DNA of 64,000 nucleotides from assembly GCF_009914755.1 (NCBI RefSeq), contig NC_060930.1, one strand, 5' to 3'. Shown here one piece after another: positions 54,469 to 64,000 of the stretch (position 1 is the first letter of the stretch; each line of letters starts with the position of its first letter). The DNA comes from the human T2T-CHM13v2.0 reference genome, Homo sapiens. Below the pieces are notes generated by a model. It saw only the letters and a program-made list of their open reading frames with translations. It was not told the origin of the DNA and did no database searches. The position numbers were made by a program, and so were the translations under genes.

Positions 54469-57404
54469 CTTTAAAAATTTAAATGCACACTTACTAAAGG
54501 ACATAGCAATACCTAGGAATATGTGTAAGAAAAATAAAAACCTGTCACAGAGACATGTAGGTAAATATTCACAGCAGCATTATTCATAATAGCCAAAAAC
54601 TGGAAATAATTCAAATGTCCATCAATTGGGAAATGGACTTTTTTAAGTGCCATATCCATACAATGGAAGGTTATTCAGCAATAAAAATGATAGCACTACC
54701 ATACATGCTACAGTGTAAATTAACCTCAAAGAAGAAGTCAGGTGCAAAAAGCATAATTACTCTGTAATTCATTTATATAAAATGTTCAGAAAAAGCAAAT
54801 TTATAAAAAGAAGAGAAATCAGTATTAGCCTAGAGGTGAATGTGGAAGCAGTGATTAACTATAAATGAGTACAAGAAAACTTTAGAGGTAATGGAGATGT
54901 CCTAAAACTGGAATGTGATGATGATAGCTCTGCTGTATAAATTTATTACAAATTATTGAATTGTATACTTATAATAGATAGACTTTAAGATACATAAATT
55001 ATACTTCCATAAAGCTGTTAATAACAAAAAACTACATTACATTGGAAGGTATCTGGACATAAACTACTTGATAAGCAAGAAGTCTACTGATTTTAAAGAC
55101 ATCCCCAGAATTTTAAAATTCTGGCCGAATTTTTGGTTTCTCTTTATGTAGTCCCAATCAAGGTAATGGAGAGTTAACTTAGTTTCCCCTATTATGAACC
55201 CATCTTAAATGTGGAAGGGAAGAAAAAGAGTGAGTCAGCTCTCACATGACCCAAACTTGTTGCTTCATCTCTAAAAGTGAGTCATGAAGGCAACTTTTTC
55301 CTTGCCTATGAACGTGTTTGAGGAAAAACTATGTGCTTGGTTTAGCATCATTGACCACAATAATTATAGTGCATGAGAATTTATGTTGTATATAAGACTG
55401 CTAGATTGGTGGTGGGGGTTTAAGGGACTCAATGCCTGAGGTCTAAGTCTTTAATCCACAAAAAAAAATGCACTTTTTTTTAATGGTCTAAACTAACAAT
55501 TATGGGTTGTAGAAGTGTTTGTGCTTGTTCAGATGTTCCATGACCAAGAATTTGAAGATGTACATTTTCCAAGTAAATCCAGTACTGAGGAAGAGTGTTA
55601 AATTGTCATATTGGAGAGCTGTTTCTATTTCAATGAGTCACATCTCTAGTAAAGACAGGTCTTTCTTGTAAGACAGACCAAGTCTGCTCAGAAGTTAAGA
55701 AAGAAGGTATGGTTCAGGTTCTTGGAGGGGGAAAAATGTTTTCACTTATGATTTGAACTCCATCACTAAATTATTACTGATGGTCACAGAGCAACTGTTA
55801 GACTACATATTGGTCACCAATTTGATTTCACACTAACGGTAATAGCACAAAAGTTCCCAAAGGCTCACACAGAGCAACAGAGCAATCACATCTCTTAAGC
55901 AGTTACTACTTAAGCTGTTAATTTTGCCACTTTTTTCAAAATCAGTACGGCACCAAAGCCAGTATTTCAACCCAATTTGAGGCACAGGATCAGATACATA
56001 AAACTATTTACGCTGCTGCGCATCATCTATACAATATCAAGGCTAAAAAGAACAGCTTTTAAGTCTGATATATTACAGTCTTTTTGAGACAACAGCTTCC
56101 CAATTTTTATTTTATAGATTATTACAGTGGAAGCAGGTAGTCCTTTCATATAACTTCCCATATGCCTAAACGTTTATTTTATTTCTGTTCCTCAAAGTGA
56201 ACAAAAAACATAAAGAATAGAGGAGTATTTAATTATACATCTAGATCACCTAGTAGCTGTAGTAATGTTAGAAAAGGTAATTTTGAGGTCTTAATTAGTG
56301 GTACGAAAAGCCATAAGAGGATAGAATTCCCTCATTTCTGGTCCTTTTCCTCCAATCCAGAACCACAACTGAGCAACTAAAGAAGCTTAGCTCAAATTTT
56401 ATACGGCAAAACTCCAAACCCATGCAAAGTTTGTCTGAATTTAAGTTCAGCTACTATTCTCATCCTATCTGCAATCAAGTGAAGTCAGTTTCTATTGGCC
56501 CGTGGAGGCTCAGACCTACACAGAACCCAGAACCAGTCATCACCCAGGCAGAAAGTGGATCAGAGGCCCGTAGTTGAGCCAAGCTTTGCTTCATGAGGCT
56601 GAAACCATGGCACCATCACTTATACGTCCATCAGGACTAGGTACATTGTGCCTACATTGACCTCTGGGAATTTCTCTTCTGTCAACCCAGAGTTCGTCAG
56701 CTTGGATCTTTTCCTCCCAACACTTTAGAACTCTGGTAACAACAGACATTTTGCATGCTTTCCCAATTATTTGGACCTCTAACCTTTTCTAATCTTTCAG
56801 AATCCTCCCTATACTATTTATTTCTGAGACTCCTTTTTCCTGGCTTTTTTCCCAGTGACCCCATACTCTGTGGCTGTGCCATGGTAAAAAAGGAATCATT
56901 GTCACTGCAACAAGGACTTTAGTTCTATTGCACCATGGCTCCCTATAAAGCCAGCAGTAATTTGGCACCATGAGGCTTTAATTTAAATTCGTATTCCATG
57001 ATTTCAATTTAGCAAACACTTGCTGAGGCCCTCCTCTATGCTAGATGCTCTGTGAAAATGACTACCTGCACCTAGCCCCCAAATTCACAACCACTTCCCT
57101 CCCCAAGATTTTTTGCTTTTAAATTAGACATGAGGAAGAGTTAGTAATAAGGGAAACAGCTGACCCTGAATGTCTCACCCTCTGAAGCATGAACCCAAGG
57201 TTTTCTCTGACTTATGAATCATATTTAAGATGACAATACTCTTTGAAGTTATTTTTCTTGAAGTATTAGCAAGAGGCATGTCCTAGGCTTCTCAGAGAGG
57301 TTTTGTGTAAATTAATGCTGCTTCTGGAATACATCAAAGGAAGTATAAATGCACAAATCATATCAGAGTCTCTCTCCAAGGTGTTTACTTCCCAAGCATC
57401 TAGA

Positions 57405-57675
57405 CCAGCACTGTCCAACAGAAATAGAATGTGAGCTACACATGCAATATTTAATTTTTTAGTAGCACCATTTAACATAGTAAAATGAAACAGGTAAAAT
57501 AAATTTCAGTAACACATTTAATTTAACTTATTATGTTCAAAATTTTATCGTTTCAATTAAGTCTTTAAAATCCCGTGTGTATTTTACGCTTACAGTACAT
57601 CTCAGTTCAGCCAAGTCACGTCTCAAGTGCTCAATAGCCACGTGGGCCTAATGGCTACCACATTGGACAGCACAG
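57405..57675 (+). mobile_element. MER33 with an internal deletion
   Basis: CAGCACTGTCCAACAGAAATAGAATGTGAGC...CAAGTGCTCAATAGCCAC...ATTGGACAGCACAG. Confidence 0.88.
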
Positions 57676-58903
57676 TCTCTGTTTAGTTAGTGAAAGCCAC
57701 CCAAAACAAAGCTATAGACTTAGAATAATTCTTTTGAATTGTTAAACTTTTGTAATTGACTAAACATGGTCCAATAGCCATGCCATTAGATCTTGTTTAG
57801 AGGCAAGCAAACTGTTGACCTGAAATAATGTTTTTGAATCATCAAAGCTTACAGAATTGTATAATTGATGAACTTGGGTCAATGACTTGCTTAGATTTTG
57901 TCCAAATGTGAAAGGTTTTCCATTTCAAAAAACTGTAGCTATGAGAATTTAAGATGTCACGATTAATTGGGTAAGGATTTTGATACTGGGCTATTTCACT
58001 TTATGAACAGAGCTGTCTCAAATCCACCAAAATGACTTATGATGAGAATCTCTATACCAGCAGCAGAAAACAAGCTAACAATGCTGTTGAAGTCAGAATG
58101 TATCATTTGCATATCTTGTGACATGTCTGTGGTAACACTTTGCCCTTGGCAAAGGTCAGAGACACAGACATGGAGCCTCAAGGACTGGTCTCCAATCTCC
58201 TTATAATTAGCTTTGCAGACATGAAATTCCTGACCCTGAAAAGAGAATGCCTCCCTCCACTGAGAAACAGTATCTAGTCTCTTCCTGTGTGAGAATGTTT
58301 TGCTTCAATGTAAACAAACTAAAGAGTTGAAAAATGAGGTGCAAATATGCTCTCTTCCAAGTAAACAACCAAGCCAGTTAGAATATGATTTTCCTGGAAT
58401 GTGTTGTGAATTCCAAAGGCAGGCACACACTTGTCAAAAGAACAGAACGTCCTATGATGGATATGGACTGAAGTGGAATACATTCATGCATAAATTCCAC
58501 AAATCCAACCATGCATTTACATTTTTATAATGTTTACATATATATATATATATTTATATATATTCAAATATTTTCTGGATCTTAAGGCATAGCAAGTGTT
58601 TATTTTAAAGAACTTTGTTTTGTGGATCATTAGAACCAATCTTATTTGGTAGCATCACTGAATATTACATCACCTTCTAACATCTCTGACGCCTGTCTTG
58701 CTTTTTGTTTTTTTAACAAGAGAGATACAACACAATGACTAAAAAGAGAAATGCTTCCCAAACTACTTAAGTATCTTAGAACAATTTTAATTAAGTATGG
58801 TTTATTAAGCTACTAAACATCCAGCCAGATAGGTATATGTCCCCTGCTACTTATATTCCTAACTGGAAGGGCTTTTGTTAGTGTTACCCTTTCAGTTGGT
58901 TCT

Positions 58904-59133
58904 CAGGGCTGGGGGTAGGGTGAGGTAAGTGAAGCATTCACTTCAGGTGCAAAATTTGAGGAGGCATCAAAAAACTCAATAATCAAGAAAAATAATGTTT
59001 CTAATACAACATTTTTTAAAAATCAAAATTAATGCAAAAAAATATGATGAAAAAAATAACAAAACTTTAAATAAAGACAAAATGTGACCCTGCACAACTC
59101 TGCCTCAACTCCTTCACCCTAGACCTAGCACTG
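58904..59133. mobile_element. ORSL-like hAT-Tip100 MITE
   Basis: CAGGGCTGGGGGTAGGGTGAGG...GTGCAAAATTT...AAAAACTCAATAATCAAG...TCACCCTAGACCTAGCACTG inverted termini. Confidence 0.75.
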
Positions 59134-59322
59134 TTCAACCCCCTGCTTTGGAGGGAAGAGTGAATGGTCTGTGGGTGGATTGCAGACAAGGAATCAAGCG
59201 GTGTGCTCTTCCTTCAGAGTTGAGCAACCTGCTCTGTTCCTCTATACTGTGAGCACCATCTGGTTAGGCCCCCACTATGGGAGGGCTTGCAGCTGGCCAG
59301 AGCTGCCATTGTCTCTAAAGTA

Positions 59323-61051
59323 CAATCATATGTCTTTCAACAAAAGCGACACTTTCTGAGGAGTGCATCATTAGGTGATTTCGTTATTGTACAAACGTAA
59401 GTAAACATCAGTGTACTTACAGAAACCTAGTTGTATAGCCTACTATGTATCTAGGCTATATGGGATAGCCTATTGCTCCCAGGCTACCAAGCTGTATAGC
59501 ATGTTACCGTCCTGAATTCTCTAGGCAATTGTAACATAATGGGGAAGAATTGTGTATATAAGCATATCTAAACATAGAAAAGGTACAGTAAAAATATGGT
59601 ATAAAAGATAAAAATTTGTGTGCTTATATAGGACACTTACCATGAATGGAGTTTGCAGTACTGGAAGTTGCTCTGGGTCAATGTTAGTGTGAAACTGACC
59701 CAGTTGTCCCATAGAGCTGACGTTTATGGTTTCCTTGACTAAACATAGAAATGGATCCACCCAGTTTTAAAACTTGAGAAAATTATACTTGTTTTGTCTG
59801 AGTTCCTTTCTCTGGAAACCAACCATCAGACCTCCCAGATAGTAGCAAGGAGTTGAAACTCACCAAATCACTTCATTTGGACAGTGAGATGTCAGACCCC
59901 TCACCCCCATCATGATTGCCTAACTGACCACCTGCTTTCCATTGACCAATTCCTCTTACTTATCCCTCCCCAATTCCTGTTTTCCCACACAGGATTACAT
60001 TTCTTCCCTGCTATATAACCCCTAATTTTACTGGTCCAGAGAGATGGATTTGAAACTGATCTTCCATCTCCTTGGCTGTAGCACTTAATTGAAGTCTTCT
60101 TCCTTGGCGATATCCATTGTCTCAGCGATTAGCTTTCTGTGCGGTGAGCAGCAGGACCTAACCTAGACTGCACCCCTGATGTTTTGGTAACAAATGAGTG
60201 GTGAGTTAATGTGAAGGCCTAGGACATTACTGTACACTACTGTAGACTTTATAAACATTGTACACCTAGGCTAAACTAAGTTTATTTTAAAATATTTTTC
60301 TTTCTTCAATAATAAATAAACCCTAGCTTACTATAACTTTTTTATTTTATAAACTTTTTTATTTTTAAAATTTGTTTATTCTTTTGTCAAAGCACTTAGT
60401 TTAAAACACAAACACATTGTACAGCTGCACAAAATTTTATTTCCTTATATCTTTATTGTATAAAGTTTTTTCCATTTAAAAAACTGTACTTTTTAAACAT
60501 TTTTGTTAAAAACTAAGACACAAACACACACATTAGCCTTGGCCAACACAGGGTCAGGATCATCAATATCATTGTCTTCCACATCCATATCTTGTCCCAC
60601 TGGAAGGTCTTCAGGAACAATAGCATACATGGAGCTGTTATCTCCTATGACAACAATGCCTACTGGAACACCTCCTGAAGGATCTGCCTGAGGCTGTTTT
60701 ATAGCTAACACTTAAAAAAAATAACTAGAAGGAGTATACTCTAAAATACCAATAACAAATATGTTTAGTAAATACATAAACCAGTAACATAGTCATTTAT
60801 TATCATTACCAAGTATTATGGACTGCACATAATTGTATGTGTTATATATACCTTTATAAGATTGGCAAGGCAGTAGGTTTATTTACACCAATATCAGCAC
60901 AAACATGGGAGTAATGCATTGCACTATGACTTTATGATGGCTACAATGTCAAAAGCAATGGAAATTTTTCAGCTCCATTAGAATCTCATGGGACCAATGG
61001 TATATACACTGTCTGTCATCGACTGAAACATTATTATGTGGCACATGACTA
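59323..61051. mobile_element. Tigger3b-like (~1.2 kb non-autonomous) element, interrupted by an LTR
   Basis: TA|CAATCATATGTC...TTCTGAG...CATTAGGTGATTTCGTT and ...GACTGAAACATTATTATGTGGCACATGACTA|TA. Confidence 0.88.
59690..60192 (+). mobile_element. Solo ERV LTR (LTR47-like) inside the Tigger
   Basis: TGAAACTGACCCAGTTGTCCCATAG...CTATATAA...GTTTTGGTAACA; the Tigger sequence resumes seamlessly; degenerate TSD AGTG/AATG. Confidence 0.75.
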
Positions 61052-61120
61052 TATTAGCAAGCCCACCTTGTTTAGAGACCAAGCATCAGGTTCCCCAACA
61101 GTCTTGGTGAAAACAGCAAC

Positions 61121-61332
61121 ATTTTCCTCTCCATCTGCCTAACTTTTGTGGATGTGTATGTCTCTTAATAGATTCTGAATTCAGGCAAGTGAAAAGGGGT
61201 AGTTCGTGCTGAATCCTCTAACATCCAGTCATATAATACTGGAACTCCTGCACATTCTTGTAGTCATCATAACAAATAGTCTTATGTTATACAGATGTTG
61301 TGCATCAGTCACTCTTTCCTATGTGTTTTAGG
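61121..61332 (+). repeat. Copy 1 of a ~210-bp local dispersed duplication
   Basis: ~87% identical (hand count) to 62649-62859. Confidence 0.95.
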
Positions 61333-62304
61333 ATGATAGTGGTAGGGCCATTCAAATTCCTGTATCTTAAGTTCACCAGAAATAAACTAAAAATATTCTT
61401 TATTTCCTCTGGGTTTGCTTCTGTTTCATTCTGTAGAGAATACTTGAAAGAAGAACTAGGCATATTTTAGTTAGACCCTAAATGATCTTAGGCCTACTTC
61501 TCATGACCTTCAGACAGAGCCCATCACTGCCACCAATTGTCACTAGTTGTTGACTTCCCAAACATAACACAATATGAATTGCATCAAACTCTGTCTTCAA
61601 TTGGCTTGTAGTCTAAAATAGGCCAAACCAAATCATATAGGCTGCATGGAAAATGGAAAATGTATTGAATAATTAATTAAGGGCACAGAAATATCTTCTT
61701 CATAAAGAAAATGAATTCTATTGCTACATGTCCTGATTTGAGTCTTTATTTCACAAGGTAGAAATAAGACGGGGACCCATAATAGTGGCATTCCCAGAGA
61801 AGAGGGGCATGATACAACAGTAGTATTATGCAGTAAGAACAATTAAATGTGCACAAAATAATAAGCGATGTTTTTCAAAATTTTGATGCCTGAAGAGAAG
61901 AGGAAAGGGGCAGAATTGGAGTGCACTTGACAGAGAGGAGAGAGAATGACCTGAGACCAGGTAGGTGGGAGATAGGAAGACACTGTCAGAAAACAAATAC
62001 CAGGCTCCAGAAATTATCGGCAAAAAGGGTCATAACTTCCTTTGTCCATAGCCAGCCACCTGCTTTCACATGTACCTTTAAACTCCCACACAACCTTCAT
62101 CACTTGCTTACTAATGCCTGGAATTCCTTTATCTGCAAGTGAAGGTATTTATAAAAAGTCAGATGAAGAATCATTAAATTCAAATATGTATTGACATCAC
62201 GAATGAAACTCAATCACAATAAAATGTAGGCAGCTAATCCATCATTAAACTCCTCATTCTAATGAGGCAAAGACTGAAATATGAAGATGAAGATATGCAT
62301 GCAC

Positions 62305-62400
62305 TGGTTACATTTGTATCCTCAGTACCTAGCACAGCATCGGGAATTAGCATGTACTAGATAAATATTTGTTGCATGAAGAAGTCAAGGAAGGAATGGA
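62305..62400 (+). mobile_element. L2 3' end
   Basis: TTGTATCCTCAGTACCTAGCACAG...ATAAATATTTGTTGCATGAA. Confidence 0.75.
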
Positions 62401-62579
62401 AATGGGGCAAGATAGAGAGAGGGTTGATGGGGGGTGCTGTGAAAAAGCAGGGAAGCAAGAGAGTAAAAGTGTGTGCGTGGACACAGATGAAAGGAGAATG
62501 GCTGGCCCATCGTGACATGGATTTTTCCAGGTGCTTTGTATTTTTCCATTAATTTTTACAACAGTCATGTATGTAAACT

Positions 62580-63228
62580 ATTAAAGAATATGTTCAGCTT
62601 CTCATAGCAGAAAATCCAACACACAGCAGCTTAAACAAATAGGGGATTATTTTCCTCTCCAACTGCCTGACTTCTGTGGATATGTGTGTCTCTCAATAGA
62701 TTCTGAATTCAGGTGAGGGAAAAGCAATAGTTGGTGCTGAATCCTCTAAAATCCATGCACATAATACTAGGACTTCTACACATCCTTGTAGTCATCATAA
62801 CAAATAGTCTTCTGTTATACAGATGTGTGCATCAATCACTCTTTCCTACGTGTTCAAGGTAACAAGGTCTATGTAGGCAGGTGAAGACTGGTGTTAGTTT
62901 AGTGGCTCAACAAGGCTGGCAACTTTATGAGTCTGCTTTATAGCATAGCGGCTTCAGTTTCCTACCTAAGGTCCATATTCAGAGGGAAAAAAATGAAGAA
63001 AAAGAGAGAACCAATGTGTCTTTCTACCTTCTCAGGAAAGCAAGTCTTCAAGAATTCTCATCAGATTTCCACTTGGAACTCATTGGTTAGAAATGTATCA
63101 CCTTGTCTACTTTTCAGCAAAAAGATTCAGGAAAACAACTCCTTTTTCTGGTCAGCTTGGCATTCTGAATGAAATCTAGGTCTTGTTAGTAATGAAAAAA
63201 AAGGGTGAATAGATTTTTAGTGGGCAAT
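62580..63228 (-). mobile_element. MLT1 (K/L-like) LTR
   Basis: TGTTCAGCTT...AGCAGAAAATCCAAC...GCTTAAACAAATAGGGG...CAGATTTCCACTT...CTCATTGGTTAGAA...GGTGAATAGAT. Confidence 0.7.
62649..62859 (+). repeat. Copy 2 of the ~210-bp duplication, inserted in MLT1
   Basis: See copy 1; it splits the MLT1 motif GCTTAAACAAATAGGGGATTATTTTC | ...GTAACAAGGTCTATGTAGGCAG. Confidence 0.92.
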
Positions 63229-63610
63229 AGTTTTCTAATGCAATGATAGAAAATTACCACAAATGTAGCAACTCAAAACAACGTAATAGAAAAGAGAGCC
63301 TTCCCAAATACAACACACACTTACTATAGCCCAGTTTCTGTGAGTGTGGAGCTTGGGGATGGCTTAGCTGGGTCCTCTGCTCAGGATCTGAGAAGGCTAC
63401 AATCAAGTGTCAGATGAGCTGTGTTCCTTTCCAGAGTTGAAGTCCTCTTCCAAGCTCAGGTGGTCATTGACAGAATTCATTTCCATGCTGCTGTATCACC
63501 AATGTCCTCAGGTCCTTTGAGCTGCCCACAGTATCCTGCCATGTTGCCCTCTCTCTTCACACCATTCACTTCACAGCAGCTTGCTTTAAGCTCAGCAGCA
63601 GAGCCTCTCT
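63225..63610 (-). mobile_element. MLT1 (D/E-like) LTR part
   Basis: AAATTACCACAAATGTAGCAACTCAAAACAAC...GGCTTAGCTGGGTCCTCTGCTCAGG...CAGAATTCATTTCC. Confidence 0.75.
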
Positions 63611-63670
63611 CTCTTTCCATCTGTCTATCTCTCTCCTCTCTTTCTCACTGTCTCTCTCACTCTCATCTGC

Positions 63671-64000
63671 TGATATGGTTTGGCTGTGTCTCTACCCAAA
63701 TCTCATCTTGAACTGTGGCTCCCATAATTCCCACATGTTGTGAGAGGGAGTCAGTGGGAGATAATTGAATCATAGGGGGAGTTTCCCCCATACTGTTCTC
63801 ATAGTAGTGAGTAAATCTCACGAGATCTGATGCTTTTATATAAAGAGTTTTCCCTTTTGCTTGGCTCTCATTTTCTCTGTTTGCCTGCCACCATGTAACA
63901 TGTCGCTTTGTTCCTCCTTGCCTTCCACCATCATTGTGGGCCTCCTCAGCCATGTGGAACTGTGAGTCAATTAAACCTCTTTTCTTTAAAAATTACCCAG
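63671..64000 (+). mobile_element. THE1 (THE1B-like) MaLR LTR, cut by window end
   Basis: TGATATGGTTTGGCTGTGTC...CCCAAATCTCATCTTGAA...CTCACGAGATCTGATG...CAGCCATGTGGAACTGTGAGTCAATTAAACCTC. Confidence 0.93.

Noticed and set aside
60493-60711. Acidic ORF (DMDVEDNDIDDPDP)
   Set aside because: Remnant of the Tigger transposase C-terminus within a non-autonomous element.

Overview
This is AT-rich, CpG-depleted primate (human-like) genomic DNA, either intronic or intergenic. I can support no protein-coding gene, and there is no CpG island. The listed ORFs are explained by Alu, L1, LTR or simple-repeat sequence, or by chance. Much of the window is transposable-element debris: about 15 Alu/FLAM copies or fragments, three L1PA insertions plus an old L1M, many MIR/L2/L3 remnants, MaLR/ERV LTRs, and hAT and Tc1/mariner DNA transposons (MER3, MER20, MER33, MER58A, MER81, MER103, ORSL, MER44A, Tigger3b, MADE1). 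Subfamily names come from recalled consensus sequences, not a database search. The most notable structures are: a 35-nt 3'-truncated U2 snRNA retro-pseudogene with a perfect 16-17 bp target-site duplication (36806-36873); a twin-primed, 5'-inverted L1PA inside a multi-layer TE nest with an apparent host deletion (50.6-55.0 kb); a ~210-bp copy of nearby unique DNA inserted into an MLT1 LTR (61121-61332 vs 62649-62859); a MADE1 hairpin; and several local template-switch palindromes and tandem duplications. I found no convincing previously undescribed biological system.
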